A stretch of 64,000 nt of DNA from positions 233-64,232 of the forward strand of contig JABDDM010000004.1 in NCBI GenBank assembly GCA_013287605.1, in the 5' to 3' direction. Shown here piece by piece: positions 28,911 through 38,853 of the stretch. The notes under the pieces are model-generated. The model was not told where the DNA came from, ran no database searches, and saw nothing but the letters and a program-made list of their open reading frames with translations. The stretch comes from Ignavibacteria bacterium. GTDB lineage: Bacteria > Bacteroidota > Ignavibacteria > Palsa-1295. The translations under genes and the position numbers were made by a program. How positions within the stretch are numbered: the first letter of the stretch is position 1; the number at the start of each line of letters is the position of its first letter.

Positions 28911-30014
28911 TTACTGAACAAATGTGACGGAATGTGGGGTGAGATTGATATTTTCGCTGCCGTGGCTGCGACAGATTGCAATGTCCTCGATGCGAACACC
29001 GAATCTACCGGGCAGATAAACTCCGGGCTCGATAGAGAAGGCCATCCCCTCGTCGAGCGCTTCCTGATTGCCTTGACGGATGTAGGGATGCTCGTGGACG
29101 TCAATTCCGATACCATGACCCGTGCGGTGCGTAAAGTAGTCGCCATAGCCTGCGTCAGCGATAACCTTGCGAGCTGCACGGTCAATATCTTCACATGCAG
29201 CACCAACTTTCACTGCTGCATGTGCAGCAGCGTTCGCCTCATTCACAATTTCATGTACTCGCTCGTATTCCGAATCAAGCGATCCACCTTTTACGACGAC
29301 CATTCGGGTCATGTCGCTTTGATAACCTTTGTACGTGCCGCCAAAATCAAGCACGATGCTGTCGCCAGGCTGGATGACTCGATCGCCGGCTTCATGATGA
29401 GGCTTTGCTCCATTTGGCCCAGAGCCTACAATGCCAAATTGCATTTGCTCCTGCCCATGCACGAGCAACAACCGTTGGATCTCTGCTGCGATCTCGCTCT
29501 CTTTTCTTCCAGCGAATTTCTGCTGCGTCAGTTCGGAAAATGTTTTGTCGGCGATCGCGGCGGCTTCCTTCATAAGGTTGATCTCAGCCTCAGACTTGCG
29601 CGATCGAAGTTGCTGCATGATCACGCTTGCTTTGGACCAGGTCGCCTTGAGAGCTAATGCTTGGAGATCAAGCAGGAAGGCACTCCAGAGCTGATCGTCA
29701 ACAGCGACGGTACCCGAAGATGTATCCGCAACAAAAGCTTTGGTGGCAGCAGCAGGACCAGTTGCGTCAGACCACTCGATGATTTCTGCTTCAATACCCG
29801 AATCCTCCGCTCCGAGGCGCTCAAACGTAGGAAGAAGCAGCGAGGCTTTTCCTGTTGCGGGAAGTTGGAACAGATAGATGCGCTCACTGATGATCGCGCG
29901 AATGCCGGTTAGGTAAAAGAGATTCGAGCCAGGACCGATGAACAAACGCGAGACTCCGCGATGCTGCATCTCGCTTTGTGCTTTGAGAATTCTATTTCGA
30001 TGTTCTGATTGCAT
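28911..30014 (-). CDS. M24 family metallopeptidase (Xaa-Pro aminopeptidase/dipeptidase)
   Basis: Metal-ligand motifs VLDFGG, HRTGHGIGIDVHE, EPGVY and GVRIEDI. Confidence 0.85.
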   Translation of the reverse strand: MQSEHRNRILKAQSEMQHRGVSRLFIGPGSNLFYLTGIRAIISERIYLFQLPATGKASLLLPTFERLGAEDSGIEAEIIEWSDATGPAAATKAFVADTSSGTVAVDDQLWSAFLLDLQALALKATWSKASVIMQQLRSRKSEAEINLMKEAAAIADKTFSELTQQKFAGRKESEIAAEIQRLLLVHGQEQMQFGIVGSGPNGAKPHHEAGDRVIQPGDSIVLDFGGTYKGYQSDMTRMVVVKGGSLDSEYERVHEIVNEANAAAHAAVKVGAACEDIDRAARKVIADAGYGDYFTHRTGHGIGIDVHEHPYIRQGNQEALDEGMAFSIEPGVYLPGRFGVRIEDIAICRSHGSENINLTPHSVTFVQ

Positions 30015-30060
30015 CGCTCGAACGGTTAGGATCCGCAGTTTACCAGAATTGTCTTGTCCC

Positions 30061-30093
30061 TAAAATAAAAGAGGCGGGATTGATGCCCGCCTC
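30061..30093 (-). terminator. rho-independent terminator after rplI
   Basis: Minus-strand GAGGCGGG-CATCAAT-CCCGCCTC (stem 30071-30078 / 30086-30093) followed by TTTTATTTTA. It lies 18 nt after the rplI stop. Confidence 0.65.
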
Positions 30094-30110
30094 TCTTCAA
30101 AGCTCCGCTT

Positions 30111-30554
30111 TTATTGGGCGATGACGTTCACGCGCACTTTGCCCTGTACGCCGTGCTTGAGCTTGACGGCGACATCATGGGATCCAAGTGTGCGGATCGG
30201 CTCATCGAGCACGATCGAGCGACGGTCGATCGCATAACCTTGATTGCCAAGATTATCCGAGACCATCTGCGAAGTGACAGAGCCATAGAGGCGGTCCTCT
30301 TCACCGACTTTCATCGGGATCGTGACCGACACATCGCCGAGACGCTTCGCAAAATCTTCGGCATCAACCTTCTCACGAGCAACTACTCGCGAACGCTGCT
30401 TCATTTCTTCTTCGATACGACGCAGCGCACCTTCGGTAGCCACGTAGGCAAGCCCACGAGGCACAAGGAAGTTGCGGGCAAAACCGTCGCGGACCACTAC
30501 GGCCTCGCCAGCTCTGCCAAGCTTCTCAACTTCCTTGCGTAGAATTACTTTCAT
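30111..30554 (-). CDS. rplI: 50S ribosomal protein L9
   Basis: MKVILRKEVEKLGRAGEAVVVRDGFARNFLVPRGLA is a canonical L9 N-terminus. Confidence 0.9.
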   Translation of the reverse strand: MKVILRKEVEKLGRAGEAVVVRDGFARNFLVPRGLAYVATEGALRRIEEEMKQRSRVVAREKVDAEDFAKRLGDVSVTIPMKVGEEDRLYGSVTSQMVSDNLGNQGYAIDRRSIVLDEPIRTLGSHDVAVKLKHGVQGKVRVNVIAQ

Positions 30555-30648
30555 AGTTCTGGTGCGTTAATAAATAGGAATCACAATCTGTCCGAGTGCG
30601 CGAAGAGTATGCTGGAGTTCATCCAGCGTATCTTCACCAGAAAAAGTC

Positions 30649-31104
30649 TTAAATGACTTCTTCGGCGATCTCTTCCTTCGGAACGCGGATGCGGCCTGCG
30701 GCAGCAGCTTCTTCGGCCTGGAGCGCGTTTGCGGCATCGAGTGCGCGACGGGCGGTAACATCCTGAACGCGTTTTTTCATCGCGGCGCGCATCTTGAAGT
30801 TCTCGTCTGGCATGACAAGGGTAAGCCAACGAACGACACTTTCATCAAGCTGATAGACACGCTCGAGCTTTGCGATGACGGGACCGGCAGCACGGAAATG
30901 GAGCGACACGTAGATCGCGTGGTCTTCTTTCTCGATCGGGTAAGCAAGCTTGCGGCGACCCCAGCGTTCGGTCTCGATCAGCGTACCACCGTTTTTCGTG
31001 ACGGAGTCCTCAACTTTTGAGATGATTGCGTTCTGCGCATCTTCCTCAAGGCTGCCTTTGATAATGAATGTTGATTCGTAGCGTGTCTCTTCTGCCTGTG
31101 CCAT
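30649..31104 (-). CDS. rpsF: 30S ribosomal protein S6
   Basis: From ATG 31104: MAQAEETRYESTFIIKGSLEED...ERWGRRKLAYPIEK. The 29-aa upstream extension in the track ORF looks non-coding. Confidence 0.85.
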   Translation of the reverse strand: MAQAEETRYESTFIIKGSLEEDAQNAIISKVEDSVTKNGGTLIETERWGRRKLAYPIEKEDHAIYVSLHFRAAGPVIAKLERVYQLDESVVRWLTLVMPDENFKMRAAMKKRVQDVTARRALDAANALQAEEAAAAGRIRVPKEEIAEEVI

Positions 31105-31346
31105 TGTATAGTTTGTTCCTCTGGATACTGCGGCCGGAGTTTCCGGGCTTTCACACCCGCGACTCGTTCCTCCGCCCTGCGTAGCCCACAATGTGCCTTT
31201 TATTGGCCTTTGCGAGCAGGAAATCTGGATTAGAAGGGGCTAAACGGCAAGCGCGAGGTGGCAGTTCCGGCAGGCACAGATCCGGAGCTTAGCGATGGGT
31301 CTTATAGGACTTATGTTACCTATAGGATCAATGAATTCAAAAGAGC

Positions 31347-31871
31347 TTAATGCTTAGGTGCTCCGGTCGGCGGAAAGAGTTTGCTATTCGAAAATTCCGG
31401 GAGGAGAGCCATTAGGTCCTCGGGCCGCATATTGGTCGCATCAAGGAAGCCCCAAGTCTGGCCTGCGTTCAGCGAGACACCGATGAGGAATCCGTTGTTC
31501 AGCGATAGTGCGGTCTTTTTGTGCTCGTGAAGTGACAAAACAAACGGCAGTGTGACCGCAATATGATTGCCGATTGCCACCAATTCGACCGCATCGTTGA
31601 CAGCGAAGCTCGCGGGATAATCGCCCGCATCTGCCGCACGGCGCATACTCTCGCCTACCTTCTCCACAAACCGAGTCCTACCACCCATCGAATCAACGAA
31701 GGGCTTAAAGAGCAAATCAACAAACGCTGGATAGTCCTTTCTCAGGAGCGCCGACGTGAAGCGGTTGGCTTCTTTCTTCGCCGTGATGGCGCGTGGATCG
31801 CTGGCCTGAGCGTAACCTATTGAATGACTGAAAAGAGTGAAACAAAGGGTAAGAGCAAGGAGGAGCTTCAT
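31347..31871 (-). CDS. hypothetical secreted protein
   Basis: Signal peptide MKLLLALTLCFTLFSHSIGYAQA. No recognised motif. Confidence 0.5.
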   Translation of the reverse strand: MKLLLALTLCFTLFSHSIGYAQASDPRAITAKKEANRFTSALLRKDYPAFVDLLFKPFVDSMGGRTRFVEKVGESMRRAADAGDYPASFAVNDAVELVAIGNHIAVTLPFVLSLHEHKKTALSLNNGFLIGVSLNAGQTWGFLDATNMRPEDLMALLPEFSNSKLFPPTGAPKH

Positions 31872-31884
31872 GAATGGCACTAAT

Positions 31885-31927
31885 CAAAATGAAAAGGTGG
31901 ATGAATCGCAATAGCGATTCATCCACC
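31885..31927 (-). terminator. rho-independent terminator after the pyrophosphatase gene
   Basis: 14-bp perfect stem GGTGGATGAATCGC / GCGATTCATCCACC (31896-31909 / 31914-31927) with a 4-nt loop. On the minus strand it is followed by TTTTCATTTTG. Confidence 0.7.
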
Positions 31928-31943
31928 CTCTTGAACTTCGAAC

Positions 31944-34175
31944 TTAGATGAATAGTGGCGCGAGAACCAGCGTGATCGTACTTAAGAGTTTGATCAACAC
32001 ATGCAGCGACGGTCCAGCAGTATCCTTAAACGGATCGCCAACGGTGTCACCAACGACAGCGGCTTTGTGAGCTTCAGAACCCTTGCCACCGTAATTACCC
32101 ATCTCGATAAACTTCTTTGCGTTATCCCACGCACCACCGCCGTTGTTGAGCATGAGTGCAACGAGAATGCCGACGATCGTAGCGACCATAAGGAAGCCCG
32201 CGACAACTTCACCGCCGGATGCAAGTCGATGACTTGAATCTAGAACTACAGCCTGAATCGCGCCTACTCCGACTTCCCCACCGCGTGCGTGGAAGAGCCA
32301 CTTGAATACGAGCCCTACACCAATCGGTGTAGCGATCACGAGGATACCAGGCAACACCATCTCCTTAAGAGCTGCACGCGTAACAATATCAACTGTGCGG
32401 CCATAGTTTGGCTGATCGGTACCAAGCAGGATACCCGGCTTCTCTCTGAACTGATCGCGGACGTCCTTAATAACCGCGAATGCAGCACGACCCACGGCTT
32501 TGATTGCCATTGCAGTGAAGAGGAATACAAGTCCACCACCTATCAAAGCACCGACGAACACTTCCGGCTTCGTCAGATCAACGGCATCAAGCTTCAGACC
32601 GTAATTCTTCAGCTCATCGAGATACGCACTAAAGAGCAGGAATGCTGCGAGAGCAGCTGAGCCGACTGCATAACCCTTGGTGAGAGCCTTCGTCGTATTA
32701 CCAACCGCATCGAGGCGATCGGTCTTCTCGCGGATCTCATCCGGCTGCTGCGACATCTCGACGATTCCGCCAGCATTATCAGTGATCGGTCCGAACGTGT
32801 CCATTGCCAGAATATAGGCAGCGGTTCCGAGCATGCCCATTGTCGCCACGGCTGTTCCAAAGAGTCCAGCCTCCTTAAGACCGCTGGCAGCGCCGACATA
32901 ATACGAGCCAATAATCGCAGCGCCAATGACAAGGACCGGAACAGCGACGTTCTCAAATCCGACTGCCATACCAGCGATAATGTTCGTGGCTGGACCAGTC
33001 TGCGAAGCTTCGGCGATACTCTGAACAGGACGGAACCGGTATTCTGTGTAGTACTGCGTGATGAATACGAACGCGAGCGCAGTTGTGAGTCCGATCAGTC
33101 CGCAAATGAAGAAATTGATCCAGGCATTTGCGAGTGCGCCGTTCGGATCGGCAGGTGCAAGCAGCCAGTACGATGCAATTCCAAACCCTATTGCGGCAAG
33201 GACCGATGTGATGTAATAACCGCGATTGAGCGCCTTCATCGGATCTTCCGTCTCCTTCGTACGTACAGACATGATGCCGATGATGGAGGCGATAAGTCCG
33301 AATGCGCGAGCAACAAGTGGGAATAAGAGAATGCCAATAATGTCTGCCTTGAACGCGCCAGGGTTTGCAACGAAAAGCGCGGATGCGAGGATCATCGCTC
33401 CGATGTTCTCGGCGGCAGTCGACTCAAACAAGTCAGCACCACGGCCTGCGCAATCGCCAACATTATCACCAACGAGATCGGCGATCACGGCGGGATTGCG
33501 AGGATCGTCTTCAGGAATTCCGGCTTCAACCTTGCCAACGAGATCCGCACCGACGTCGGCGGCCTTTGTATAAATACCTCCGCCCAACTGCGCGAAGAGT
33601 GCGACGAATGAAGCACCGAATCCGTATCCGCCGATAAGCAGCGGGATCTTTGCGATGTCCGAAACAACACCTGTAGCTTTCACTAATGCAAAAAGCCCGG
33701 CCACGCCGAGCAATGATAGCGATACGACGAAGAGCCCTGAAACCGCGCCTCCACGAAGCGCCGTCTGAAGTGCTCCGTTAAGACTCTTTGTTGCTGCTGC
33801 TGCGGTACGAATGTTTGTGCGGATTGAGACCCACATTCCGATATAACCAGATGCGACCGAACAGAGCGCTCCAAGAATAAAGCTTAGTGTCGTCCAGAAT
33901 GCAAGCGTCTGGGTACTATCGACTGGATCATTCGCATTATGACTCCGAACGAAGCCATAGATCAGGAAGATAAGAGCTGCGACAAGGATCGCGAGCAATA
34001 CGATCGTCTTGTTCTGACGACGAAGGAATGCCTCTGCACCCTCCTTGATCGCATCGGAGATACGCCGCATTGCCGGCGTACCCGTGTCGCGCTTGAGTAC
34101 ATTCGGAATCAGATAGAACGCCGCGAAGGCCAGCGCAAAAATACTTATACCCAGAATCAACCAGAGTTCTTGCAT
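31944..34175 (-). CDS. hppA: membrane-bound proton-translocating pyrophosphatase (K+-independent-type signature)
   Basis: About 16 TM helices with motifs DLVGKVE, DNVGDCAGRGADLFES, GNTTKALTKGYAVGSAAL and GGGAWDNAKK. ATG at 34175 is preferred over the track start at 34253. Confidence 0.9.
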   Translation of the reverse strand: MQELWLILGISIFALAFAAFYLIPNVLKRDTGTPAMRRISDAIKEGAEAFLRRQNKTIVLLAILVAALIFLIYGFVRSHNANDPVDSTQTLAFWTTLSFILGALCSVASGYIGMWVSIRTNIRTAAAATKSLNGALQTALRGGAVSGLFVVSLSLLGVAGLFALVKATGVVSDIAKIPLLIGGYGFGASFVALFAQLGGGIYTKAADVGADLVGKVEAGIPEDDPRNPAVIADLVGDNVGDCAGRGADLFESTAAENIGAMILASALFVANPGAFKADIIGILLFPLVARAFGLIASIIGIMSVRTKETEDPMKALNRGYYITSVLAAIGFGIASYWLLAPADPNGALANAWINFFICGLIGLTTALAFVFITQYYTEYRFRPVQSIAEASQTGPATNIIAGMAVGFENVAVPVLVIGAAIIGSYYVGAASGLKEAGLFGTAVATMGMLGTAAYILAMDTFGPITDNAGGIVEMSQQPDEIREKTDRLDAVGNTTKALTKGYAVGSAALAAFLLFSAYLDELKNYGLKLDAVDLTKPEVFVGALIGGGLVFLFTAMAIKAVGRAAFAVIKDVRDQFREKPGILLGTDQPNYGRTVDIVTRAALKEMVLPGILVIATPIGVGLVFKWLFHARGGEVGVGAIQAVVLDSSHRLASGGEVVAGFLMVATIVGILVALMLNNGGGAWDNAKKFIEMGNYGGKGSEAHKAAVVGDTVGDPFKDTAGPSLHVLIKLLSTITLVLAPLFI

Positions 34176-34365
34176 TCGTCTAGTGTTGCGGTGAAAACGT
34201 GAGTTTTGATGCCGTTCGGCAAAAGGCAGCTCTTGGGGAGCGCCGTAATTCAATATCTCTAAAAATACGGAGAAAAATGGGAGGCAAGCTAAAAACTCAC
34301 CAGTTTATTGATTTCTCGCGTATCCAACCGCCAGGAAGGTGCCTTTCAACCCCCGAAGGCCTTAG

Positions 34366-37300
34366 TTACTTTGATACAACGAAACGCTGGACTGCAACAC
34401 CACGCCTGCTAGTTATGACCATCTGATAAGTCCCGCTCGCCAACCCCGTAGTGCTGAACTGAATCTGAAGATGTTGAGCAAAGATCCCATTCCCAGGGGA
34501 CTCAATGAATCGGCCTGCTGCGTCATGAATCTCCATCGTGAAATGCTCACCGTCGAGTTCACTTCCCGCACCTATGCTGATAGTTGCATTCGTCCGAACA
34601 GGATCCGGCGAAATCGAACAGTTGATCCCGGAAAGCGTCCCTGCCCCAGCAACTGCTTGTGAAGCGTTCGCAAGCAGAGGGATCGTGTCGTGCCCAGGAT
34701 TGCCATCTGTTACGAAGACCAGTCGAGCTGAAAGCGCGCCAAGGTTCTGAGGTAAACATCTGATCCTGAGATTATAGGGTTGCGACGAAGTGATGAAGGC
34801 GGCGATGCTATCACTTTGGATTAAAAATGTATTTTTTGCCGATCCTTCGATCGCGAGCTTCGCGAGATGAAGAGTGTCTAGCGTAGAGATAAAACCTTGT
34901 GCCGTTAGCGAGATCGTGGTATCTCTGAATCCAGAAATCGGCACAATTCCGAACTCGATCTTTGAAACGGCCTGCAGAGTAGGCATCGAGCCTAGCCCGA
35001 CCAAGCGTGTAATTGTCTCGCTGGTACCATCTGTGAAATCAGCCTGAATCGTAGCAGCGTAACTCTTCGAAAGCAGAGGCGAGAATCGCAGTGACATCGA
35101 ATAACTCACATGCGGAGAAATCGTAATCGGTCCAGCGTTGCTGATGATCTCGAAACTCGGATCGGTTAACGTCAACGACTTGATCGTAATACTTGACTCG
35201 CCAGTATTTGTGATAACTGATTGAATCATGAAGTCCTGGTGCTGTCCGACTCGAACTTTTCCAACATCCAGAAAATCTACCTTGCTGATCGAATGCTGCA
35301 CATGTCCCCGAATAATCCCCCGCCCATACGAACCGACAAGCAGGCAATGCTCCCCCCCTAGATTCTGCCAAGCAAGATCAACGACCTGAACCGATGGCAG
35401 GCCACTCAACATCGACCACGATGTTCCGTTATCATTGGAGGTGAAGACTCCCGTAGTTGTCCCGACATAGAGCCTTTGCGATGCGTTTGGATCTACAAGA
35501 ATCTTACTCGTGCTTGTATTTGTCAATCCTTGTGTGATCTTCAGCCAGGTGTGCCCACCATCAAGTGTCCGATAGAGCGGAGTTCCACCTGATCCGACTT
35601 GCATCGAAAGATATGCTTTCCTCGCGTCCTGCGGATCGCAGGCTATTGAATAGATCCTGCCCGTTTGTTGATTGAACTGTGCGAGTGATGCGGTGTCCCA
35701 TGTCACCCCTCCATCATGCGTGTTCGAGAGAAGCCCGTCATTGGAACCGACATAGATCGTGCTTGGATCGCTTGGTGCGACCGAGATGCTTGAGATGTAA
35801 CTACCTCGAGAAAAACGACGATTAGCAAGAAGTGTCCATAGATCTCCGCTGTTGTTCGTCTTGAAGAGCGAATCCGTACCGCAGTATAAGGTATGAGGAG
35901 TGCTCGGATCAACCGCAACAGCCTGACCATACCAGTCAACAGGCTCGTTGACGATACCAGTATAGAAATCGGTTGTTGTTGAAAGCCCATTCATGATCTT
36001 CGTACTCCACCAATTAAATCCATCGTCGGCGCGATGAAGATTCATGTTGGTGTATTCATGATAGAATTGGAGAGGATCACCTGGATCATAGAGAGTCACA
36101 AAACCATCGCCGCCAATGATCCTCCAGTTTGTCGGATCAGAGGTGTACTTCGCATAGCCGTTGTCCTGATTGCCGGCGACGAGCGTGTCTTCACCAGTTG
36201 GAGTAGCAGCGACGTTGTACGCTTCTAGTGTGATGAGTCCAGTGCTTTGATATCTCCATACCGGATCGGCCAGAGTGTAATTGTCCGTCACATAAACTCC
36301 ACCATCGCAACCAAGCACGGCGCGTTTCCCGCCTGGAAATGCAAGCGTGTGAAAGTCGGCATGGACATTCTTATCCACTCGAAGCCATGTTGCTCCTCCG
36401 TCCTGCGTTCGGAATAAGCCTGGGCCGCCGGCAAAAGCTGTGAGAGGATCGGATGGATCAGCGGCGCAGCACCAGAACCCTGCATAATAACTGTCTGCGA
36501 CTGGAGCGGTCGCGCATTGCTGCCAATTCAAACCGGCATCGGAAGAGCGATAATAAACGCGCGCAGAATCTGTACCGAGCCACAATACTTCAGGATGGGC
36601 TTTGCACATCATAAGCAGCACATCTGACCAATAACCTTGTGGTTGGGAGAACACTACTTTGAAGGTCTTCCCCGCATCGACTGATTTCATCACGCTCTCA
36701 CGTGAATAGGGCCACGTCCAATCCATCTGGCCGTAATAAATAACATTCGGATTACCGGGATCGATAAGAACCGATCGGGCGCGGCCCGGGGCAAGATTTT
36801 TCCAGTTGTTACCCTGGTCAGTAGAAATCTTCAGACCATCGTCAGTAGCCGCGTACACTGTCGTTGGAGTTTGCGGATGAAATGCAAGTGCGAGGACGTT
36901 CGCACCAGGAGCATGTTGTGTAACGTGCCAGGTATTGCCGCTATCGGTCGAAACATAAACAAAGCCTTCGCGCGTCCCCATTGCGATCATCGCTGGTTTG
37001 CTTGGCGCCACCGCGGAGGAACTCATTTTAAGCGACGGAAACGAATCGGTCTTCACCTTCCAGATAGAATCCCTTCCGAGACGCCAAACGCCTCCGCCCG
37101 AGGCTCCGGCAATGATCTCTGCGCTTCCTGGAATCATCTGGATGGTTTGTACATGGCCCGATTGATTCTTGGGTCCGAGATACTCCCAGCGAAATTGGAT
37201 GGAGGAGCTTTGAATCTCAAGCCCTTTTGATGGCTGATGCTGGCTACGCCATTGACTTAGCATGTCATCCGGGCTCAGATGGCTTTCCTGCTGCAGTGTG

Positions 37301-37440
37301 ATCGCCCGCCGCCGCATTTCCTCACCAGCTCGCCATTCGCGCTCTCCGTCTTGCGGTGAGAGCTGAGCATAGAGTTTAGGCGCAACGAACTGATTTAGAA
37401 CAACGAGAAAGGCGATCCAGAAAACTCGTTTCATCGTCAT
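34366..37440 (-). CDS. BNR/sortilin-Vps10-like multi-propeller protein with Ig-like domains and T9SS C-terminal sorting domain
   Basis: Signal peptide from MTMKRVFWIAFLVVLNQFVAPKLYAQ (ATG 37440 or 37434). At least 8 Asp-boxes (DSGNTW, DQGNNW, SDAGLNW, QDGGATW, HDGGVTW, LDGGHTW, NDNGTSW). CTD ends ...GTYQMVITSRRGVAVQRFVVSK. Confidence 0.75.
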   Translation of the reverse strand: MTMKRVFWIAFLVVLNQFVAPKLYAQLSPQDGEREWRAGEEMRRRAITLQQESHLSPDDMLSQWRSQHQPSKGLEIQSSSIQFRWEYLGPKNQSGHVQTIQMIPGSAEIIAGASGGGVWRLGRDSIWKVKTDSFPSLKMSSSAVAPSKPAMIAMGTREGFVYVSTDSGNTWHVTQHAPGANVLALAFHPQTPTTVYAATDDGLKISTDQGNNWKNLAPGRARSVLIDPGNPNVIYYGQMDWTWPYSRESVMKSVDAGKTFKVVFSQPQGYWSDVLLMMCKAHPEVLWLGTDSARVYYRSSDAGLNWQQCATAPVADSYYAGFWCCAADPSDPLTAFAGGPGLFRTQDGGATWLRVDKNVHADFHTLAFPGGKRAVLGCDGGVYVTDNYTLADPVWRYQSTGLITLEAYNVAATPTGEDTLVAGNQDNGYAKYTSDPTNWRIIGGDGFVTLYDPGDPLQFYHEYTNMNLHRADDGFNWWSTKIMNGLSTTTDFYTGIVNEPVDWYGQAVAVDPSTPHTLYCGTDSLFKTNNSGDLWTLLANRRFSRGSYISSISVAPSDPSTIYVGSNDGLLSNTHDGGVTWDTASLAQFNQQTGRIYSIACDPQDARKAYLSMQVGSGGTPLYRTLDGGHTWLKITQGLTNTSTSKILVDPNASQRLYVGTTTGVFTSNDNGTSWSMLSGLPSVQVVDLAWQNLGGEHCLLVGSYGRGIIRGHVQHSISKVDFLDVGKVRVGQHQDFMIQSVITNTGESSITIKSLTLTDPSFEIISNAGPITISPHVSYSMSLRFSPLLSKSYAATIQADFTDGTSETITRLVGLGSMPTLQAVSKIEFGIVPISGFRDTTISLTAQGFISTLDTLHLAKLAIEGSAKNTFLIQSDSIAAFITSSQPYNLRIRCLPQNLGALSARLVFVTDGNPGHDTIPLLANASQAVAGAGTLSGINCSISPDPVRTNATISIGAGSELDGEHFTMEIHDAAGRFIESPGNGIFAQHLQIQFSTTGLASGTYQMVITSRRGVAVQRFVVSK

Positions 37441-37624
37441 TGGTCTGAAGGGTGAATCTTGGCAAGTACAAAAGGAGTCTGTGCAAACTTCCGTTCGGCA
37501 ACTAGCCGGAGTGTTCCTCCTCGGAATCGTGGCACAATTGTGGTCTTCGTTAAAACAACTATTTCGCTGAAGCAACGTTTTATCATGCTGAAAAAACCCA
37601 ACATTGACGACACAAATGCAAATC

Positions 37625-38056
37625 ATGACCTCCCGGACCACACGCCTTACTGACGCAGCCGTCCTCATTCTGCGACTCATGCTCGGGATCTGGCTTTTTG
37701 CCCACGGCGCTCAAAAGTTATTCGGCATCTTCGGTGGCAAGGGCATTGATAGCGCACTGGCCGGCCAGGCGACCTCCGGAATACCGGGCTGGTTGACTTA
37801 TCTTTCGGTCTATACTGAGTGCTTCGGCGGCTTGATGATCGCGTTTGGATTCCTGACGAGAATTGCGTCAGTCTTTATGCTGATCAATATGCTGGTAGCA
37901 GCGTCAATGCATTTGAGCAAAGGCTTTTTCGCAGTCGAAGATCCGCTCTCCTTTGCCATCATGTCACTCGCCATATTGCTGATTGGCCCCGGAATGTGGA
38001 GCATCGATTACTTGATCTTTCAGAAACGAGCCTCGGGAACTACGGTTTTGTTGTAA
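37625..38056 (+). CDS. DoxX family membrane protein
   Basis: LILRLMLGIWLFAHGAQKLFGIFGG... with 4 TM helices. The start is ambiguous (TTG 37604, ATG 37616 or ATG 37625). Confidence 0.75.
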   Translation: MTSRTTRLTDAAVLILRLMLGIWLFAHGAQKLFGIFGGKGIDSALAGQATSGIPGWLTYLSVYTECFGGLMIAFGFLTRIASVFMLINMLVAASMHLSKGFFAVEDPLSFAIMSLAILLIGPGMWSIDYLIFQKRASGTTVLL

Positions 38057-38077
38057 GTACAACGGAGGGCAAATTTT

Positions 38078-38779
38078 ATGATGCAGGTATTAAAATCGAA
38101 CGAGCGCGGACATGCCAATCACGGCTGGCTCGACACTAATTACTCATTCTCATTCAGCGATTATTATGATCCCCGGCGAATGGGCTTTCGCCATTTACGC
38201 GTGATCAATGAAGACACGATCGCACCCGGTGGCGAATTCGGTATGCACCCGCATCAGGATATGGAAATCATCACCTATATCCTGGAAGGCGCTATCGAAC
38301 ATAAAGATAGCATGGGTAATGGAGGGATTATCTATCCAGGTGAGATACAACGCATGTCCGCAGGGACAGGGGTCTATCACAGTGAATCGAATCCTTCGAA
38401 AACGAATCCTACACACCTGTTACAGATTTGGCTTTTTCCGGACAAGAAAGGCGTGAAGCCGAGCTATGAGCAAAAATCGCTTCCCCGAGAAGACAGGCTC
38501 AACGCCCTACAATTACTCGCTGGGCCTGAAGGTGCTGGCGGATTAGTAACGATCCATCAGAATGCCCAACTCTATTCGAGCCTGTTGTCGAAAGATAAAC
38601 AGGTGAAGCACTCATTCAAAGATGGCCGTCACGGCTGGTTGCAAATGGCGCGGGGAGAGGCGAAGATCAATGGCACGAAGGTCGCCGCCGGCGATGGCGT
38701 TGCGTTGGAAGCCGAACCCGAAATCACGATCGAAGGAGTTGCTCCCGAGAGTGAATTTCTGCTCTTTGACCTCGTCTGA
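38078..38779 (+). CDS. pirin family protein (YhhW-like bicupin)
   Basis: RGHANHGWLDTNYSFSFSDYYDP...GMHPHQDMEIITYILEGAIEHKDSMGN is the canonical pirin N-terminal cupin. Confidence 0.85.
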   Translation: MMQVLKSNERGHANHGWLDTNYSFSFSDYYDPRRMGFRHLRVINEDTIAPGGEFGMHPHQDMEIITYILEGAIEHKDSMGNGGIIYPGEIQRMSAGTGVYHSESNPSKTNPTHLLQIWLFPDKKGVKPSYEQKSLPREDRLNALQLLAGPEGAGGLVTIHQNAQLYSSLLSKDKQVKHSFKDGRHGWLQMARGEAKINGTKVAAGDGVALEAEPEITIEGVAPESEFLLFDLV

Positions 38780-38804
38780 TTTGCAATTCAAGCGATTACC
38801 AACC

Positions 38805-38827
38805 AAAAGGGCGGGCAATGCCCGCCC
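38805..38827. terminator. GC-rich hairpin between convergent genes (terminator for the minus-strand OMP gene, possibly bidirectional)
   Basis: GGGCGGG-CAATG-CCCGCCC (38809-38827). It is preceded by AAAA on plus, which reads as a T-tract on minus. Confidence 0.5.
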
Positions 38828-38853
38828 TTCCCCATCCAAATTTCCGCATTCAC

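Noticed and set aside
28932-29657. Long antisense ORFs lie opposite confidently assigned genes. Examples: 241 aa opposite the M24 peptidase; 142 aa (30114-30542) opposite the whole of rplI; 186 aa (6116-6676) opposite infB; 194 aa (44741-45325) opposite the adhesin; 181 aa (59717-60262) opposite the kinase.
   Set aside because: Their translations are Arg/Cys/Ser-rich and low-complexity, with no motifs. The sense-strand genes are unambiguous. Stop-poor antisense frames are expected at this GC content.
31105-37680. N-terminal extensions in the ORF track: rpsF to 31191, hppA to 34253, the BNR protein to 37680, plus similar cases for the OMP at 39744 and the RidA gene at 39607.
   Set aside because: The extensions precede obvious native N-termini (S6 consensus, first TM helix, signal peptides) and have odd composition. 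Internal ATGs were chosen instead.
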